Source of the DNA: Chiloscyllium plagiosum
Taxonomy: Eukaryota
Reading direction: 5' to 3'
Length of the DNA stretch: 64,000 nucleotides
NCBI RefSeq assembly: GCF_004010195.1
Contig: NC_057718.1
Location: 92,288,765-92,352,764 of the forward strand
Below are positions 1 through 12,639 of this stretch, one piece after another; positions within the stretch are counted from its first letter, which is position 1; every line of letters starts with the position of its first letter. Position numbers and translations under genes: made by a program. The notes under the pieces were generated by a model, which worked only from the letters and a program-made list of their open reading frames with translations, made no database searches and had not been told where the DNA came from.

Positions 1-381
1 TCTCATGTCCCCTTTTTGCCCTCCTGATTTCCCTCTTAAGTATACTCCTACTTCCTTTATACTCTTCTAAGGATTCACTCGATCTATCCTGTCTATACCT
101 GACATGTGCTTCCTTATTTTTCTTAACCAAACCCTCAATTTCTTTAGTCATCCAGCATTCCCTATACCTACCAGCCTTTCCTTTCACCCTGACAGCAATA
201 CACTTTCTCTGGATTTTCGGTATCTCCTTTCTGAAGACTTCCCATTTTCCAGCTCTCCCTTTACCTGGGCGCATCTGCCCCCAATCAGCTTTCAAAAGTT
301 CTTGCCTAATACCGTCAAAATTGGCCTTTCTCCAATTTAGAACTTCAACTTTTGCACCTTCTCTAGTAGGTACATCCACAT
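1..381 (-). mobile_element. CR1 LINE ORF2 fragment (endonuclease-RT linker), internally deleted
   Basis: Reverse complement matches the CR1 copy at 32235-32660 (VDxPTREGAK, KVEVLNWRKAxFDGIRQ). Confidence 0.85.
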
Positions 382-690
382 CTCACCCTATGTTTGTAAT
401 GAGGTCAGGAGCTGAGTGGCCTTGGTGTAACCCAAACTGGGCAGCACTAAGTAGGTTATTGCTGAGCAGATGCTGCTTGATAGCACTTCTGAAGGCACCT
501 TCCATCACTTTACTGACGATCTAGAATAGACTGATGGGGTAGTAACTGTCCGGGTTGGATTTGTCCTGCTCTTTGTGTTTAGGATATATCTGGGCAAATC
601 TCCTCATTGTCAAGGAGATGCCAGTGTTGTAGCTTTGCTAGGGGAACAGCTTGGCTGGGGGAGTGGCAAGTTCTGGAGCACAAGCCTCTG
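382..690 (-). mobile_element. CR1/L2-clade LINE reverse transcriptase fragment (different family)
   Basis: Minus-strand reading gives CAPELATPPAKLF...KSNPDSYYPISL..VSKVMEG...HLLSNNLLSAAQFG, i.e. RT domains 0-2 with stops. Confidence 0.75.
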
Positions 691-1589
691 GAGACTCTGT
701 AAATATTTTTTTTTAGCAGCATACCAAGACCAAGAATATTATGATTTACCATGAGTTTGACACCATCTTAACATTCTAACCTGCAGTATTAAGTAAAACA
801 TGTGGATATGATAGACAGAATTCAATTAACTGAGGTGATAAAATGAAATAATCTGTAAAAAATATCAATCAATGGTGAGGTTTTGCCATTTTCAAAAAGA
901 AATAAAATCCCATCGTTGTTATCTAATGACACAGAGGTCTATTTCTTCAAAATGAATCATAGATTTAGCAATTCTTCAACTCCAATTGGGCCATGGAACA
1001 CTGTTGCTAAGCAATTAGGATCTTCTATTGCGCTGCTGATTCCCTCATTTACTCGTTCATTGATGTTCATTACAAAACAAATATGCAGTACTGTCCTTGG
1101 CTAAGCACAACTTGTATTTTAATGAGTTATAATTCAGCTCTCAGGAAGGCAACATTGTGAGGCAGAAGAGAGATTTGTTTTTCGGTTGCAGAAACTTAAC
1201 TGCTATAGATATCAATACAGCATCATTTAAAAATAGTCAATAACATATTGTCTGGGAAAATGATTTCCTGACTTAATAGAATTCAAATCATTTCAGCTCA
1301 TTATGGGCTCCATTTTTAAATTTGAATTACGGTTTCCAAGTAAGTAATGCAATCATCCATAATGCCATTTTAATTGTTGTTTAGTTGTTTTGGTTATAAA
1401 TTTACTCTATTCAGATAATTAAAAGCTAACCTGCAATTTTGAAACACAGTATCAGAAAGCATTCTGAGCGAAATATAACTCTCGCAATTCAACCAATTGA
1501 TTTCTAATTGTCATCAAGATTTTGCTTTCATTGCATGGTTGATAACCAGGTAGCGTGGATAATGTGCACATTTTAGTACCTATCCATTT

Positions 1590-1955
1590 TTTCCCCTAAT
1601 TAACCTGTTCAGAGATGTTGTAAAAATACCTCTGGAGCAGGTAAGGGCTTGAACCCAGGCCTCCCAGTCTTGGGGTAAGGGCACTCCCACTGCACTACTA
1701 AAGGGCCTGAATGTGCTTTATTTTTAACATCTCCAGAGCAGGTGGGACTTGAACCCAGGCCTCCTGGTTCAGGGGTGGACCTCTATCTCTGCACCAGAGG
1801 AGGGCCCAGAAAGGATTTACTGATTTTTGTTAACCTACTTTTCTAATCAACTTGCTCAGAGATGTTATTGCATACCTCTGGAGCAAGTGGGACTTGAATC
1901 TGAGCCTCCTGGTCCAATGGTAAGGACACCACTGTTACACTAATTGAGGGCCCCC
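1590..1955 (-). repeat. Tandem trimer of tRNA-derived SINE heads
   Basis: Three diverged ~100-125 bp units containing (ct)ggagcaggtgggacttgaacccaggcctcc and ending gggcc(c). The reverse complement has a B-box (GGTTCAAGTCC). A related single copy lies at about 17676-17772. Confidence 0.7.
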
Positions 1956-2327
1956 AATTTGCATTCCATTCAATTCAATGAAATGGAATTTGGGTGGATT
2001 CACTAATGGCTGGCTGGTTGACACCACCAAATTACTACCCACACAGTGATGCTGATCATTTAGGTTTTGTTTCCTCTTGCCTACCTATCGGTTCACAAAA
2101 TACAGATGCTTGCTGTGACTCATTGCATTTGCTGCAAATGGTGTTTAACCAACGGAGGAACAGTAAATCTGCTGGATTGAAGATTGAGATGATCATAGTA
2201 ATCTAACCCACTACCAGGAAACTACCATGATGACCGTTACCTGATGTCTCCTTTTTGAAATCTTTCAGGAGTTAGGACTATGTGTCAGAAGCAAGTTCAC
2301 AGTTGGAATATCTACGAGGTAGGCGAA

Positions 2328-2684
2328 AATGGCATCAATGTCAACTTCACTAGTTTCCAAATCTCCCCTTCCCCCACCTCATCCCAGATTCAACCCTCCA
2401 ACTCAGCAGCGCCCTCTTGACCTGTCCTACCTGTCCATCATCCTTCCCATCTGTCCACACCACCCTCCCCACTGACCTATCACTATTCCCCCCCACCTGC
2501 CTCCACCTTTCGCCTTCTCAGCTACCTTGCCCCCAGCCCCACCCTCACCCTGATATTTATCTCTCAGCTCCTCCCCCCCACCCAACGTTCCTGATGGAGG
2601 GCTTATGCCTGAAACCTGTCTCTCCTGCTCCTTGGATGCTGCCTGATCTGCTGAGCTTTATCAGCACCACATTTTTCATATCTG
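2328..2684 (+). mobile_element. Penelope-like element 3' end (end of GIY-YIG ORF, C-rich UTR, pseudo-LTR with degenerate hammerhead)
   Basis: GINVNFTSFQIS-like ORF terminus, pyrimidine-rich tract, then ctgatggagggcttatgcctgaaac and the family-A tail shared with the short insertions. Confidence 0.7.
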
Positions 2685-4016
2685 TGAGATAGCTAATCAA
2701 TAGGTCATTCTACCTTCACTATTCAATAAAGGGTTGTGAGTGGGTTCCTGAGGTGAGAGATTGAACCAAGGATCCCCAGCCCTGGACAGTAAGCAACACA
2801 ACTGGGAGGGGTGAGCACTACTGAGGTAGGTTGGGGAATATGAGGCTAACTCAAAACAGAGGAATATGCTAAGGCGTGCTTAAGATTTAAAAATAAATGA
2901 TGCCCACAACTGTTATGGCCATTATTGTGGAGAGGGATATCCTCCACAGGACTGCTTCTGGCCATGTGTGGAGGTGGCCTTTATAGTCAAACATCTCCAG
3001 GCTTAGGACATTGAGCAGAGGCTCTGACAGCCCCTTGCCCATCACTGAGCAAGCCAACTCCAGGTAACTGCCAGGAAGAAGGTCCACCTATTGCAAAATG
3101 CCCTGATTTAGGACCTAGGTTTCCCAAAGCAACTGGCCACCTCTACAGAGCGGGTTGCCAGTTTGTGCAGCCAAGATGGTGCTCCAGTTGACCAGGTGTA
3201 TGACTCTCAAAAGCATCCCAACACCTCGAGAGCTGATTGAACTGACTTCAACAGACAGTAAGCCCAATTAAAGCTGCTCCCAGTTACACCTTGCCTCATT
3301 TCACTTTCCTTGGCAATTAACGAAGGGTTAAATTCAGCTCCAGTCAAGTCAGTTTCCTGCCTTTGCTAGATTTGATTACCTCATCCTGCATGGTGTTCAG
3401 GGCACTCCTGACTTAAGCAAGAGAAGAACAGCCAATGTTCTCAATTTTCAGCAGCCAGTAGCCCTCTCCAACTGAAGATTTCTGGCTGTGGAAGACAGAG
3501 AACTAACAAGATTCTGACCCTGTTGGGATTCACACCTGAACAGTGGGTGAAGTACAGAGTCAAATCACCGTTTACAACATGATGCCTCAACAAGTAGTTA
3601 ATGCCTTTTGGGATAAAAGCAATGAGAGATCCAAATAACATAGCTGATTATGTCAGATTCAGGCCAATATTGTAAAAAGCAATTTTCTGGTGTTAATTGG
3701 CACCAGAAAATTGCTGTACAAATTCAGAAACTATTCACAGCAATGTCCAGCTGAGGGCACACTTCGACAACCTTAGGAATTTGTTTGGCTTGCTCAAGTG
3801 ATTGATATACAATAATTAAGACTTCCCCTTTTTTAGAAGAGATTTTTAGCCGGAGGTGGATTTTCTTCTAATTGCATCCCTAACACTTAAATTTGATAAC
3901 ATTGTAAGGAATATTGTCAATCTGACAGATGCGACAGCAATTCATTGCAACAAAAAAACTTGCTAGAAATCATGAATATGGTAGATTGCCAGGCAAATGA
4001 AAACTGTTATTAAAAC

Positions 4017-4223
4017 AGAAGTTGCTGGAAAAGCTCAGCAGATCTGGCAGCACCTGTGAAGAGTAATCAAAGTTAACGTTCCAGGCCGGCGACCCTTCCT
4101 CAGAACTGGACCCGAAATGTTAACTTTGATTTCTCTTCAAAGATGCTGCCAGATTTGCTGACCTTTTCCAATGACTTCTATTTTTGTTTCTGATATACAG
4201 CACCTGCAGTTCTTTCAGTTTTT
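4017..4223. mobile_element. Palindromic Penelope-derived insertion, family B
   Basis: Inverted arms (gttgctggaaaagctcagcagatctggcagca / tgctgccagatttgctgaccttttccaatgac). Hammerhead-like core on the minus strand. Imperfect 22-bp flanking duplication at 3995-4016 and 4224-4245. Confidence 0.75.
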
Positions 4224-4535
4224 AAATGAAAATAGATATTAAAACTGAGCCAATGAAAGGGGTAGGGAAATTTGGTGTCTTCAAGAGGTTTTCAAGTGTG
4301 CTGGGAATTCATTTACTTTTCTTCCACTTTTTTCAAAGTAGCAATGCTTTGTTGTGTAAGTATTCCAAGTGAAAGTTTTCATAATTAAGAAAATTAACTG
4401 CTCAGAAATAATGGGTGAGGTGGATGGCAGTTGTGTTGATCATTAAGATCATAACAAAAATACTGATAGTGCTTGTCACTGTAAATACTGCAGTATCAGT
4501 CAAGCCAGACCCAAATCATACACCTGAAAGCTACT

Positions 4536-4606
4536 CCGAAACGTCGATTTTGCCTGTCCTCGGATGCTGCCTGAATTGCTGTGCTCTTCCAGCACCACTG
4601 ATCCAG
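4536..4606 (+). mobile_element. 71-bp Penelope pseudo-LTR fragment (family A) flanked by a perfect 51-bp direct repeat
   Basis: atactgcagtatcagtcaagccagacccaaatcatacacctgaaagctact occurs at 4485-4535 and 4607-4657. Confidence 0.85.
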
Positions 4607-4715
4607 ATACTGCAGTATCAGTCAAGCCAGACCCAAATCATACACCTGAAAGCTACTAAAGACAGGAGGTTCTCCTTTACTGCTGTTAAACCAACAATGC
4701 TGACCACAATGTGGT

Positions 4716-4939
4716 CAAAGTTAAAAATCACACAACACCAGGTTATAGTCCAACAGGTTTAATAGGAAGCACACTAGCTTTCGGAGTGACGCTCCTTCAT
4801 CAGGTGATAGGCCTATCACCTGATGAAGGAGCGTCGCTCCGAAAGCTAGTGTGCTTCCAATTAAACCTGTTGGACTATAACCTGGTGTTGTGTGATTTTT
4901 AACTTTGTACACCCCAGTCCAACACCAGCATCTCCAAAT
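4716..4939. mobile_element. Palindromic Penelope-derived insertion, family C (192-bp spacerless palindrome plus tail)
   Basis: Arms 4716-4811 and 4812-4907 with 2 mismatches seen. 13-bp TSD cacaatgtggtca at 4705-4717 and 4940-4952. Confidence 0.9.
4817..4851 (+). ncRNA. Minimal type I hammerhead ribozyme motif (variant core)
   Basis: CAC-CUGAUGA-A-GGAGC(GUC)GCUCC-GAAA-GCUA-GUG: helix I CAC/GUG, 5-bp helix II, self-complementary AGCU in place of helix III. A mirror copy lies on the minus strand at about 4772-4806. Confidence 0.7.
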
Positions 4940-6009
4940 CACAATGTGGTCAGTTTGATTGGACTCTAGGAGACCCCTTTGTACGGTTAATGTGACTGAC
5001 TCATGATTGACTTTGACCTTTTGGGCAATCTGGAGTGAGAGAGCACCCAACAGTAGTACAGTTGACCTCCAGAAAAAAAGTCAATATTTTCATAGGGCTG
5101 TGAAGGAGGAACATACAAGCGTAGCAATATTAATTTCATATTTGCAAATGACGCTCAGTTTGCATCAGTTCTCACAACAGAAAATTGAAAGGGGGTTTCT
5201 TTTTATTTATGAGGACAAGATAGCTGATGCAGACCACACAAATGGTGACGAATTATGTACATCCAGTCTCCAATTTGAGCCAAGCTAGCTGATCTCAAAC
5301 AGAGTAATGACAGGAGGTTCTCTGGGCTAGAGAGAGAGGGCAGGTCAGAGCAGAGACGATTTGTCTGTGATGATGTGATGGTCCCATTGTCAAATAGTTT
5401 ACCTGTTTACATTGTTTTAGCTTTCATGTGCTTGCTACTTCTAGACTGCATTTGTGTTTTTAATTTGTGGAGTGAAAGAGAGGAAGTGGTGCAGGGAAGT
5501 GATTAACAATTGTAAATGCCGTTTGCATGAGAACTCTTGGAGATATACAAGTGTTATAATTAATGCTTGGTAAACCTTGAATTGTCAGCAATTTCGAAAA
5601 GATTCTGTGTCAGCTCACCAGCAACTTTTTTGAAGATTGCTGCTCATATGTCATGGTGTTAAGAGAAATCTTAATGTCACAGTAATAAAACTACTTAGAT
5701 GTCAGGAGTGCTTTATTGCTTCAATATTAATCTTATACCCCATGAAGCTCCTTTTAAGATGCAAATGGATAATTCAAGACTCAGCATCTTGGGTTGGACA
5801 CTGATTTTTTATCTGATCAATGAAGTATTAAAGAATTAAATCAAAAACATTATTGAGCAGAACCTCAAATTATAAATTCATATTTTTAAAGGTTTCTGCT
5901 TGAAAACTATTCAATTAGTATGAAACCTGAGGTTTTAAAATATTAATTTCTTCTCCATCAGACAATACCCGCAAATTATATTATATTTTTCTTAAATAAC
6001 ATCATTTTC

Positions 6010-6357
6010 ATAGAATTCCTACAGTGTGGAAACAGGCCATTTGGCCCAACAAGCCCATACCAACCCTCCGTAGAATAACCCATCCAGATCCATTCCTCTA
6101 TGCTATTAGTCTGCATTTCCCCTGACTAATGCACCTAGCCTACACATCCCTAAACACTATGGGCAATTTAGAATGGCCAATTCACCTAACCTGTGCATTT
6201 TGGACTGTGGGAGGAAATAGGAGCACCCAGAGGAAACCCACGGACACACAAGGAGAATGTGCAAACTCCACGCAGACAGTCATCCAAAACTGAAAACAAA
6301 CCCAGGTTTTTGGCGCTGTGAGACAGTGGTGCTAACTACTGAACCACTGTGCCACCC
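6010..6357 (-). mobile_element. HE1-type tRNA-derived SINE, full length
   Basis: Reverse complement starts gggtggcacagtggttcagtagttagcaccactg (A box) and ends with the CR1-like tail ggcctgtttccacactgtagg. Confidence 0.9.
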
Positions 6358-7689
6358 TCATCTATTTAACTCATCTATTTAAGTAATTTCTCTACATGAT
6401 TTGCTTACATGATTTACTTAGGTCAAATGTTAGACTAAACATTTGTCCAGAATTTGCTGTCCAAATAATGATGATGCTAATAACATTGTTTCTTATTGAT
6501 GTGTGAATGGTACGATGACTTTAAGTGAGGGGCAGATGTGTGATTAAATGTCAAATTTCAAAATTGCTGTCTGATTTGAGCCCCTATTAACTTCATGAAA
6601 ATAACATTTTGCTTCTGTCTCACCATTAAAATGTATAGAATGGTGGGGAGGTACTGCATTTGTGTAATAGATATAAACTAAACTTTGCTGAAAATTAAAT
6701 TTGGTTGTTAAAATTGTAAGTTTCCTTCTAACAACATGATAATGTTTATTGCTACTAGTTAACCTCTCTGATGCTGAAAATTAATTATTAAAAGTGTTGG
6801 GTGTCATTCCTTCAGATGTTAATTGTTGTAGATTTTAAATGTGTTAATTTTTGTTTAATAATGAACAAATAAACTTTTCCTTTCCATCTTCATTTGGCCT
6901 TTTTGAGAATGCAACTCTTTGCTTCTCTTTTTGTATTTGATTTGACATTGAACTTAATTTAATTTGCATTTCTTTCTTTGTTGCTGTTCTGTTTATTCCC
7001 CAATCCTTCAATGTTATGGTCAAATTCACTCTTTCTCACACATCAGCAACATTATCTATTTATTACTGTCTGTACATATGCATCATGAGCTAGAGCTGAC
7101 CTCGGAATCCATCCTTCATTGTCTTTCTGAGTATCTATTACAGTGAGGCCTTTCTTCATTCACAACGCAAACACCTCTATCACACACATCTGGGCATCTG
7201 TCCAACAATCACCATTCCTTTCTCAGACCATCCTACACTTAACATCTCAGACATGTATAGTTGCTTTGTACAGAATGTGATTGAATCAAATTTGATTCTT
7301 AACATCTATCACAACCTGCTCAAACAATGTGCTGCTTATTCATCCAGTCTCACAGATATTTACCCCACTGTTTTGCATAGAAAGGTAATCACTTTGTTTT
7401 CTAATTAAAAGCACTTGGATTGATTGTAATTATGGTGCATTGCAGATTTTTAACAGGACTTATATATCAGGCGCTGTATTTAAAAGGGATAAACTGAACA
7501 ATTATTATCACATTTACATGTATTTTCATGTATATCTTAAAATTCATTATCCTTTGCAAGCTCCAGTTTAAGTCACCTTTTTGATTTAAATAGGAGAGTA
7601 CAAAAGCTCATCAAATCGCAGAAGCTCTAAAATGTACAAATGTACTTTACAAGAGTAATAAAGTTTTATCAACGTTTAGCAAAGTAGGG

Positions 7690-8200
7690 CTATTTTCAGA
7701 AGTACTGAATGAGAACTCGAATATCATTCTAGTAAACAAGCTTTCATTCTGCCTGTTGACTGAAAAGAGGCTTTAGAGCTTTTGCGGTAATCATTGAGTT
7801 GATCTCATTTAATTGCAAAGGGCTTGATTTTCAAAGCCTTCTCAGAAATGTTCGACAGAGGCATAATTACAAATCAAATCAAATATATTTGTTTAATTAC
7901 ACTAATAAGTGTACCTGGTTTGGAAAACAAAGCAAGGCACAAATGATTGCCTTCATAACCAGAACAGTGATCCTTCTGAACATCATTAATATTTGCCATG
8001 TCTCTCATTGACTTGCATTATATTCATGTTTCCCATGGGATTAACTTGACTGGTGGGTTATGACACATGGCATTAGGCCAGAAATGGTGCACTTAATCTC
8101 CTATTGCAGCATCTCTTATAAAGCTTAAAACTGCATGAGTAGGTCAGGTAATAGTGAGCAACTTGCACATAAAAAGCTGTGGGCTTTCGTCTGCGACTTC
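7690..8200. promoter_or_regulatory. Candidate conserved non-coding element
   Basis: Repeat-free and non-coding, with clustered TAAT/ATTA, TGATT and forkhead-like sites. Conservation not verifiable here. Confidence 0.35.
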
Positions 8201-8896
8201 CCTGAAATGTGTACATTTCTGCTACTGTTGACGTACTTATTCTTGTAGAAAAGGGGTTGGTTTTGCCTTACTTGTTTTTTGATGGAAAGATCGGTCAGCT
8301 AAACCAATGTACTTCAACGTTAGCCTCTAATCATTCCTAATTTTCTTTGCTTGTCAGTGGCCTGTTATCAGGTGCACAGTCCTAGATTTTGAAAACCCCT
8401 CCTTAAACCTCCCCAAGCCCTTTACCTCCTTTGAAATGCGTTTAAAGACCTTTTTAATTGAGTAATCTTTTAGTCACTTGTCCTAAGGTCTATAGCATTG
8501 CTGAAAATTTGTTTTGATAATGCCCCTGTTAAATGCCTTGGAATATGTTACGACCATAAATGCAAGTTGCTGTTGTAGAGGTTCTGTTGGATTTTAGATA
8601 CAGACCTCATTTATTACAGACTATGATCTGCTGGATGCCAGTGCACTGAGACAGCTTGTCGATCTTTTCCCATACTAGTGTCAGCCAGCTGGGCACTGCC
8701 TAAAACAGTGAGTATGTGCTGGTTTAGGGGGACATGCAGAGGTGTGAGGTTAAAGGTGTAAACCTGGATTAGCAGCCCTTGCCCCAAAAGTTAATTCTGA
8801 ACTGACTCTTATCACAGCCTCTTCCGATTGCATGTGGAACTGATTAAAATGTTCATAGTGTACAATACTCAATCCTAAATCATTAATCGACACTCT

Positions 8897-9062
8897 AACA
8901 GAAATTGCTGGAAAAGCTCAGTAGGTCTGGCAGCATTTGTGGAGAGAAATCTGAGGAGGGGTCACTCGACCTGAAATGTTAACTCTGATTTCTCTCCACA
9001 GATGCTACCAGACCTGCTGAGCTTTTCCAGCAATTTCTGTTTTTGCTTCTGATTTACAGTAC
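8897..9062. mobile_element. Palindromic Penelope-derived insertion, family B
   Basis: aacagaaattgctggaaaagctcagtaggtctgg ... ccagacctgctgagcttttccagcaatttctgtt, with central ctgaggaggggtcactcgacctgaaatgttaac. Confidence 0.8.
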
Positions 9063-10284
9063 CCACATTAGTTCAGGTGGTTTCTGAAATAGACAGGTGT
9101 TTTGGACATACAGGGGTGTGGACCTTTTACAAGTTCCAAGGTCTGACTGTCAACATTTACAGGGCAGTAAAGCTACTGATTTAAACGTAGAGATCTTGCA
9201 ACTGAGTTGTGCCATTATCTGTATCTGTAAACTTACATTCTTCTAAACTCATCCCTTACCTGATGTTGAATATATCGTGCAGTATAAAGCTACCGTTTTG
9301 TCTGACCATTGACTGCCTGAACTCTCACCTTTGTGTAGGCCAGGAAAGACTTTGCCACTGGCTCATCAACTGGACACAACATAGAGGCTGGAACCACAAA
9401 ATGATGTCTGAATCATAATGATGCAAGTACATCCATGTTCAGAAGTGTTCACATTATTCCTGCTTCTGCACACACCAGTGAAAATGTACCTTTATCTTAT
9501 TACTGCCTCCTCTTTTACATTCCAACACTGTCACTGAAGAGTCTGACATCCTTTCTCTTGGCTTTTATCTACAAAGTACATTCTCTTGCATGCAACCAAG
9601 GCTAAAGTGTCCCACTGACATTTACAAAGGGAGAGTGGTTCTCACATGCATCAGTTCCCAAACATTTGCTGTCTCTGTCCTTCCAGGTGGCAGAGGTCTT
9701 GAATTTATCAAAAAAGCCTAAGTGATTTACTACAGAATTTCTTGTAGATGGTACATATTGCAGCCAGAGTAGTCAGTAGTGGAGGGAGTAAATGTTTAAA
9801 GTGGTGGACGGGTTCTCCTTCTGGATTAGCAGTGGAAAATTTGGCGCTAATGCCAAGGCTTCCTTTTTACCTTGACACAAGAGAACAACAACAAAAATGA
9901 TTTGAACTTGTATACACTTGCAGGCTTTGGCTTGTAAGTGCTGCTATGGAACAGTATTATATTTTGAAAGTTGTCTGAAACTCTGACAACCTTGATACTG
10001 AGTGAAAAAATTGAAGATTTGTAGTTTATTTCAAATTTCTTACTCCCTCATAGTGTCCTACTCTCACTATGAATAGTCTCCATGTCACCACAGGCCCAGC
10101 GCCGAACCCCCACCAACCCCACCCACCCCCTAAAACTCCCATTGCCAAAGCAAATACCATGGCAGGGAATGTGGCCACTTGTTACAGTTCTGCACCCAGG
10201 TGAGTTTCAAATGGTCCCTTTTTCAGTAACTCCAACTTCAATGGAGTACTACCTGTTGTTCAATGTATTGCCAAATGTCATTTC

Positions 10285-10496
10285 TCTGAGGAGAAAGTGA
10301 GGACTGCAAATGCTGGAGATCAGAGCTGAAAATGTGTTGCTGGAAAAGCGCAGCAGGTCAGGCAGCATCCAAGGAACAGGAGAATCGACGTTTCGGGCAT
10401 TCCTGAAGAAGGGCTTATGCCCGAAACGTTGATTCTCCTGTTCCTTGGATGCTGCCTGACCTGCTGCGCTTTTCCAGCAACACATTTTCAGCTCAG
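10285..10496. mobile_element. Palindromic Penelope-derived insertion, family A
   Basis: Near-perfect inverted arms around ctgaagaagggcttatgcccgaaacg. 12-bp TSD aaatgtcatttc at 10273-10284 and 10497-10508. Confidence 0.9.
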
Positions 10497-10859
10497 AAAT
10501 GTCATTTCGCTATCAATTTAGCAACTCCATTCTCCAATCCAACAACAGAAACGTTATCCACTCCTCTCCAATAAACATAATTTCAGATCTAACTTCCATA
10601 CTGAGCGATAATGTCCTCTCCACATTAAATAGCATTAGCTCATTACTTGCATTCCAGGAATGTCATTGCCCATCAATCTCTGTTATCATCCAAACTTACG
10701 CTCCTCAACTTTCATTGGGTCACCCTTAATCCACTAATTCACAGTGAGAAGATAATCCTGACTTCCTCCCAAGAGAAGTAAGTATTCTTGTTCCCCTTAC
10801 AAAGCAGGACACAATTAGATATTTTGTGCCTACAGAGTAAACAATGATTTATATGATTT

Positions 10860-10962
10860 GGAAACAAAAACAGACTTTGATGGAGAAGCTCAGCAGGACT
10901 GGCATCATCTGGTGAAGGAAAGCAGAGTAAACATTTCAAGTTCAATGACCCTTCTTCAGAAC
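10860..10962 (-). mobile_element. Penelope-derived family B fragment
   Basis: gagaagctcagcaggactggcatcatctg...gacccttcttcagaac. Confidence 0.6.
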
Positions 10963-11459
10963 TCATTACTATCTCTATGATTCTGTTCCCTTAGAAAATA
11001 AGATATTTGGAATAATTTATTTATTAAAAGAGTGCTCGATAGTTAGAATATCCTATTGGTAGTTAAGTCAAAATCATTAGGACTACTCACAAATGGGCTG
11101 TAACAGTGAACCTAGGATTTGAGCACAACCTCAACATCTTCCTAGACAGTTCCTCTGGAAAGAGAAAGACTTGCTTCCTGTTAAAAGGACTTAAAGATAG
11201 TTGGGCATGTCCCATGCACAATCTGCAGACTATCACATGCGAGGCAGGTAGTGCTTCGATGGTTGGGGAGACAAGGTGTTAGAGGTTTGTACACTGTGTT
11301 GCTTTGACCTTCAACTGCATGATCTCAACGGTTTGTTGATGTGCTCAGTTCCCTCCTGAATGAACTTTATCTGTTTGGTCAGTCACAAAAAAGGTTGTCC
11401 ATGAGTCAATAAGGGGTGTTTGACCCCTTCAAGGATGTTTTGTGGACATCCCTAAAGTG

Positions 11460-11588
11460 TCCTGAAGAAGAGTCTCCTAGTATGAAACATTAACTCTCTT
11501 TCTGTCCACAGATGCTGCCAGACCTGTGTTTCTTCAGCAATTTCTGTTTTTTGTTTCAGATCTTCAGCATCCACAATTCTTTATTTTA
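11460..11588 (+). mobile_element. Penelope-derived family B fragment
   Basis: cctgaagaag...gaaacattaactct...cacagatgctgccagacctg...tcagcatccaca. Confidence 0.65.
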
Positions 11589-12639
11589 GCTTGATGTCAT
11601 GTAGATCGTTTTACTTAAACAGGAAATCTGACCGAGTGAGAGCAAAAGAGACCTCTTATAACCAAATTCCTCCTACAGTGAAGGTTAGAAATAAAATAGA
11701 AGTCAAGGAAAGAAACTGGACATTTGCCAGAGTAACAGAATCCATCAGTAGAGCACAGCAAATCCTAGGTCTTTGATTAAGACAAATCAATCAAAGGCAC
11801 AATCCCAACAATATCAGGTGATGCACAGTGAGAGATGTTGAAAGAGTAGAGTCAATCTAAACTTTGATAGAAAAGCAAGAAACCAGATAGGTTAACTGAA
11901 AGTACAAAGGAACAGACAAAAAGTATTCTTCTCATTACTTATTGGCAAACAAAGATGTTATAATAAATACTTATTGGTTTTAAGAAAAAACTTTTTCTTT
12001 ACATATAGATTGCTCTGGTAATTTTGGTCTTGTATACATTTTGGTTGTGTTTTGAGTCCTGTGAAAACCTAACATGCAACTCAATGTGTTAAATTCAAGG
12101 TATCGTTGATATTAGTATAGTGACAACGTGAAATTATGTACATGTACTGTTCTACATTTTAATGTATAAATTATTTTTTCAAGTGGGAAATGAATGTATC
12201 ATGTTGTAAAATCTGAGCATTTTGTTACATTGCTCTCTCTGTGGCCCTGTGGAAATGTGTCTATAAAGTTACTTTAATGAAGGCTACTGGCTGTGGGTTC
12301 ATATATTAATCTTCTCTGAAGATGATATACAACAGAAGTCTCATTCATACTTGTAAAGGAGTGGATGGATCTGAGTTGGCTCATCTACACTTTGGCTGAA
12401 CTGTCTTTGACAGCCATTGACAATTGGAAAAGTATCCTAATGAAGTGATCAGGCCCATCAATATACAGAAATGATGTGGGTTGAGAATATAAGCAAACAG
12501 CCTTAATAGGAGTGGATATCATATCCAGAGAGCATGCTCTTGCTCTGTAGTTAAGTGTTTCTTACTTGATCCACACATTATTACAATAAATCAAACTCCC
12601 ATTAGACTGTTCAATATTTCTATTTTCAAATATGTTATA

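Noticed and set aside
1590..1955. CRISPR-like repeat/spacer array
   Set aside because: Eukaryotic context, long diverged units with a tRNA-like B-box, and no cas genes.
4711..5050. Mirror-image ORFs on both strands (63 aa and 109 aa)
   Set aside because: Artefact of the palindrome; no evidence of a protein.
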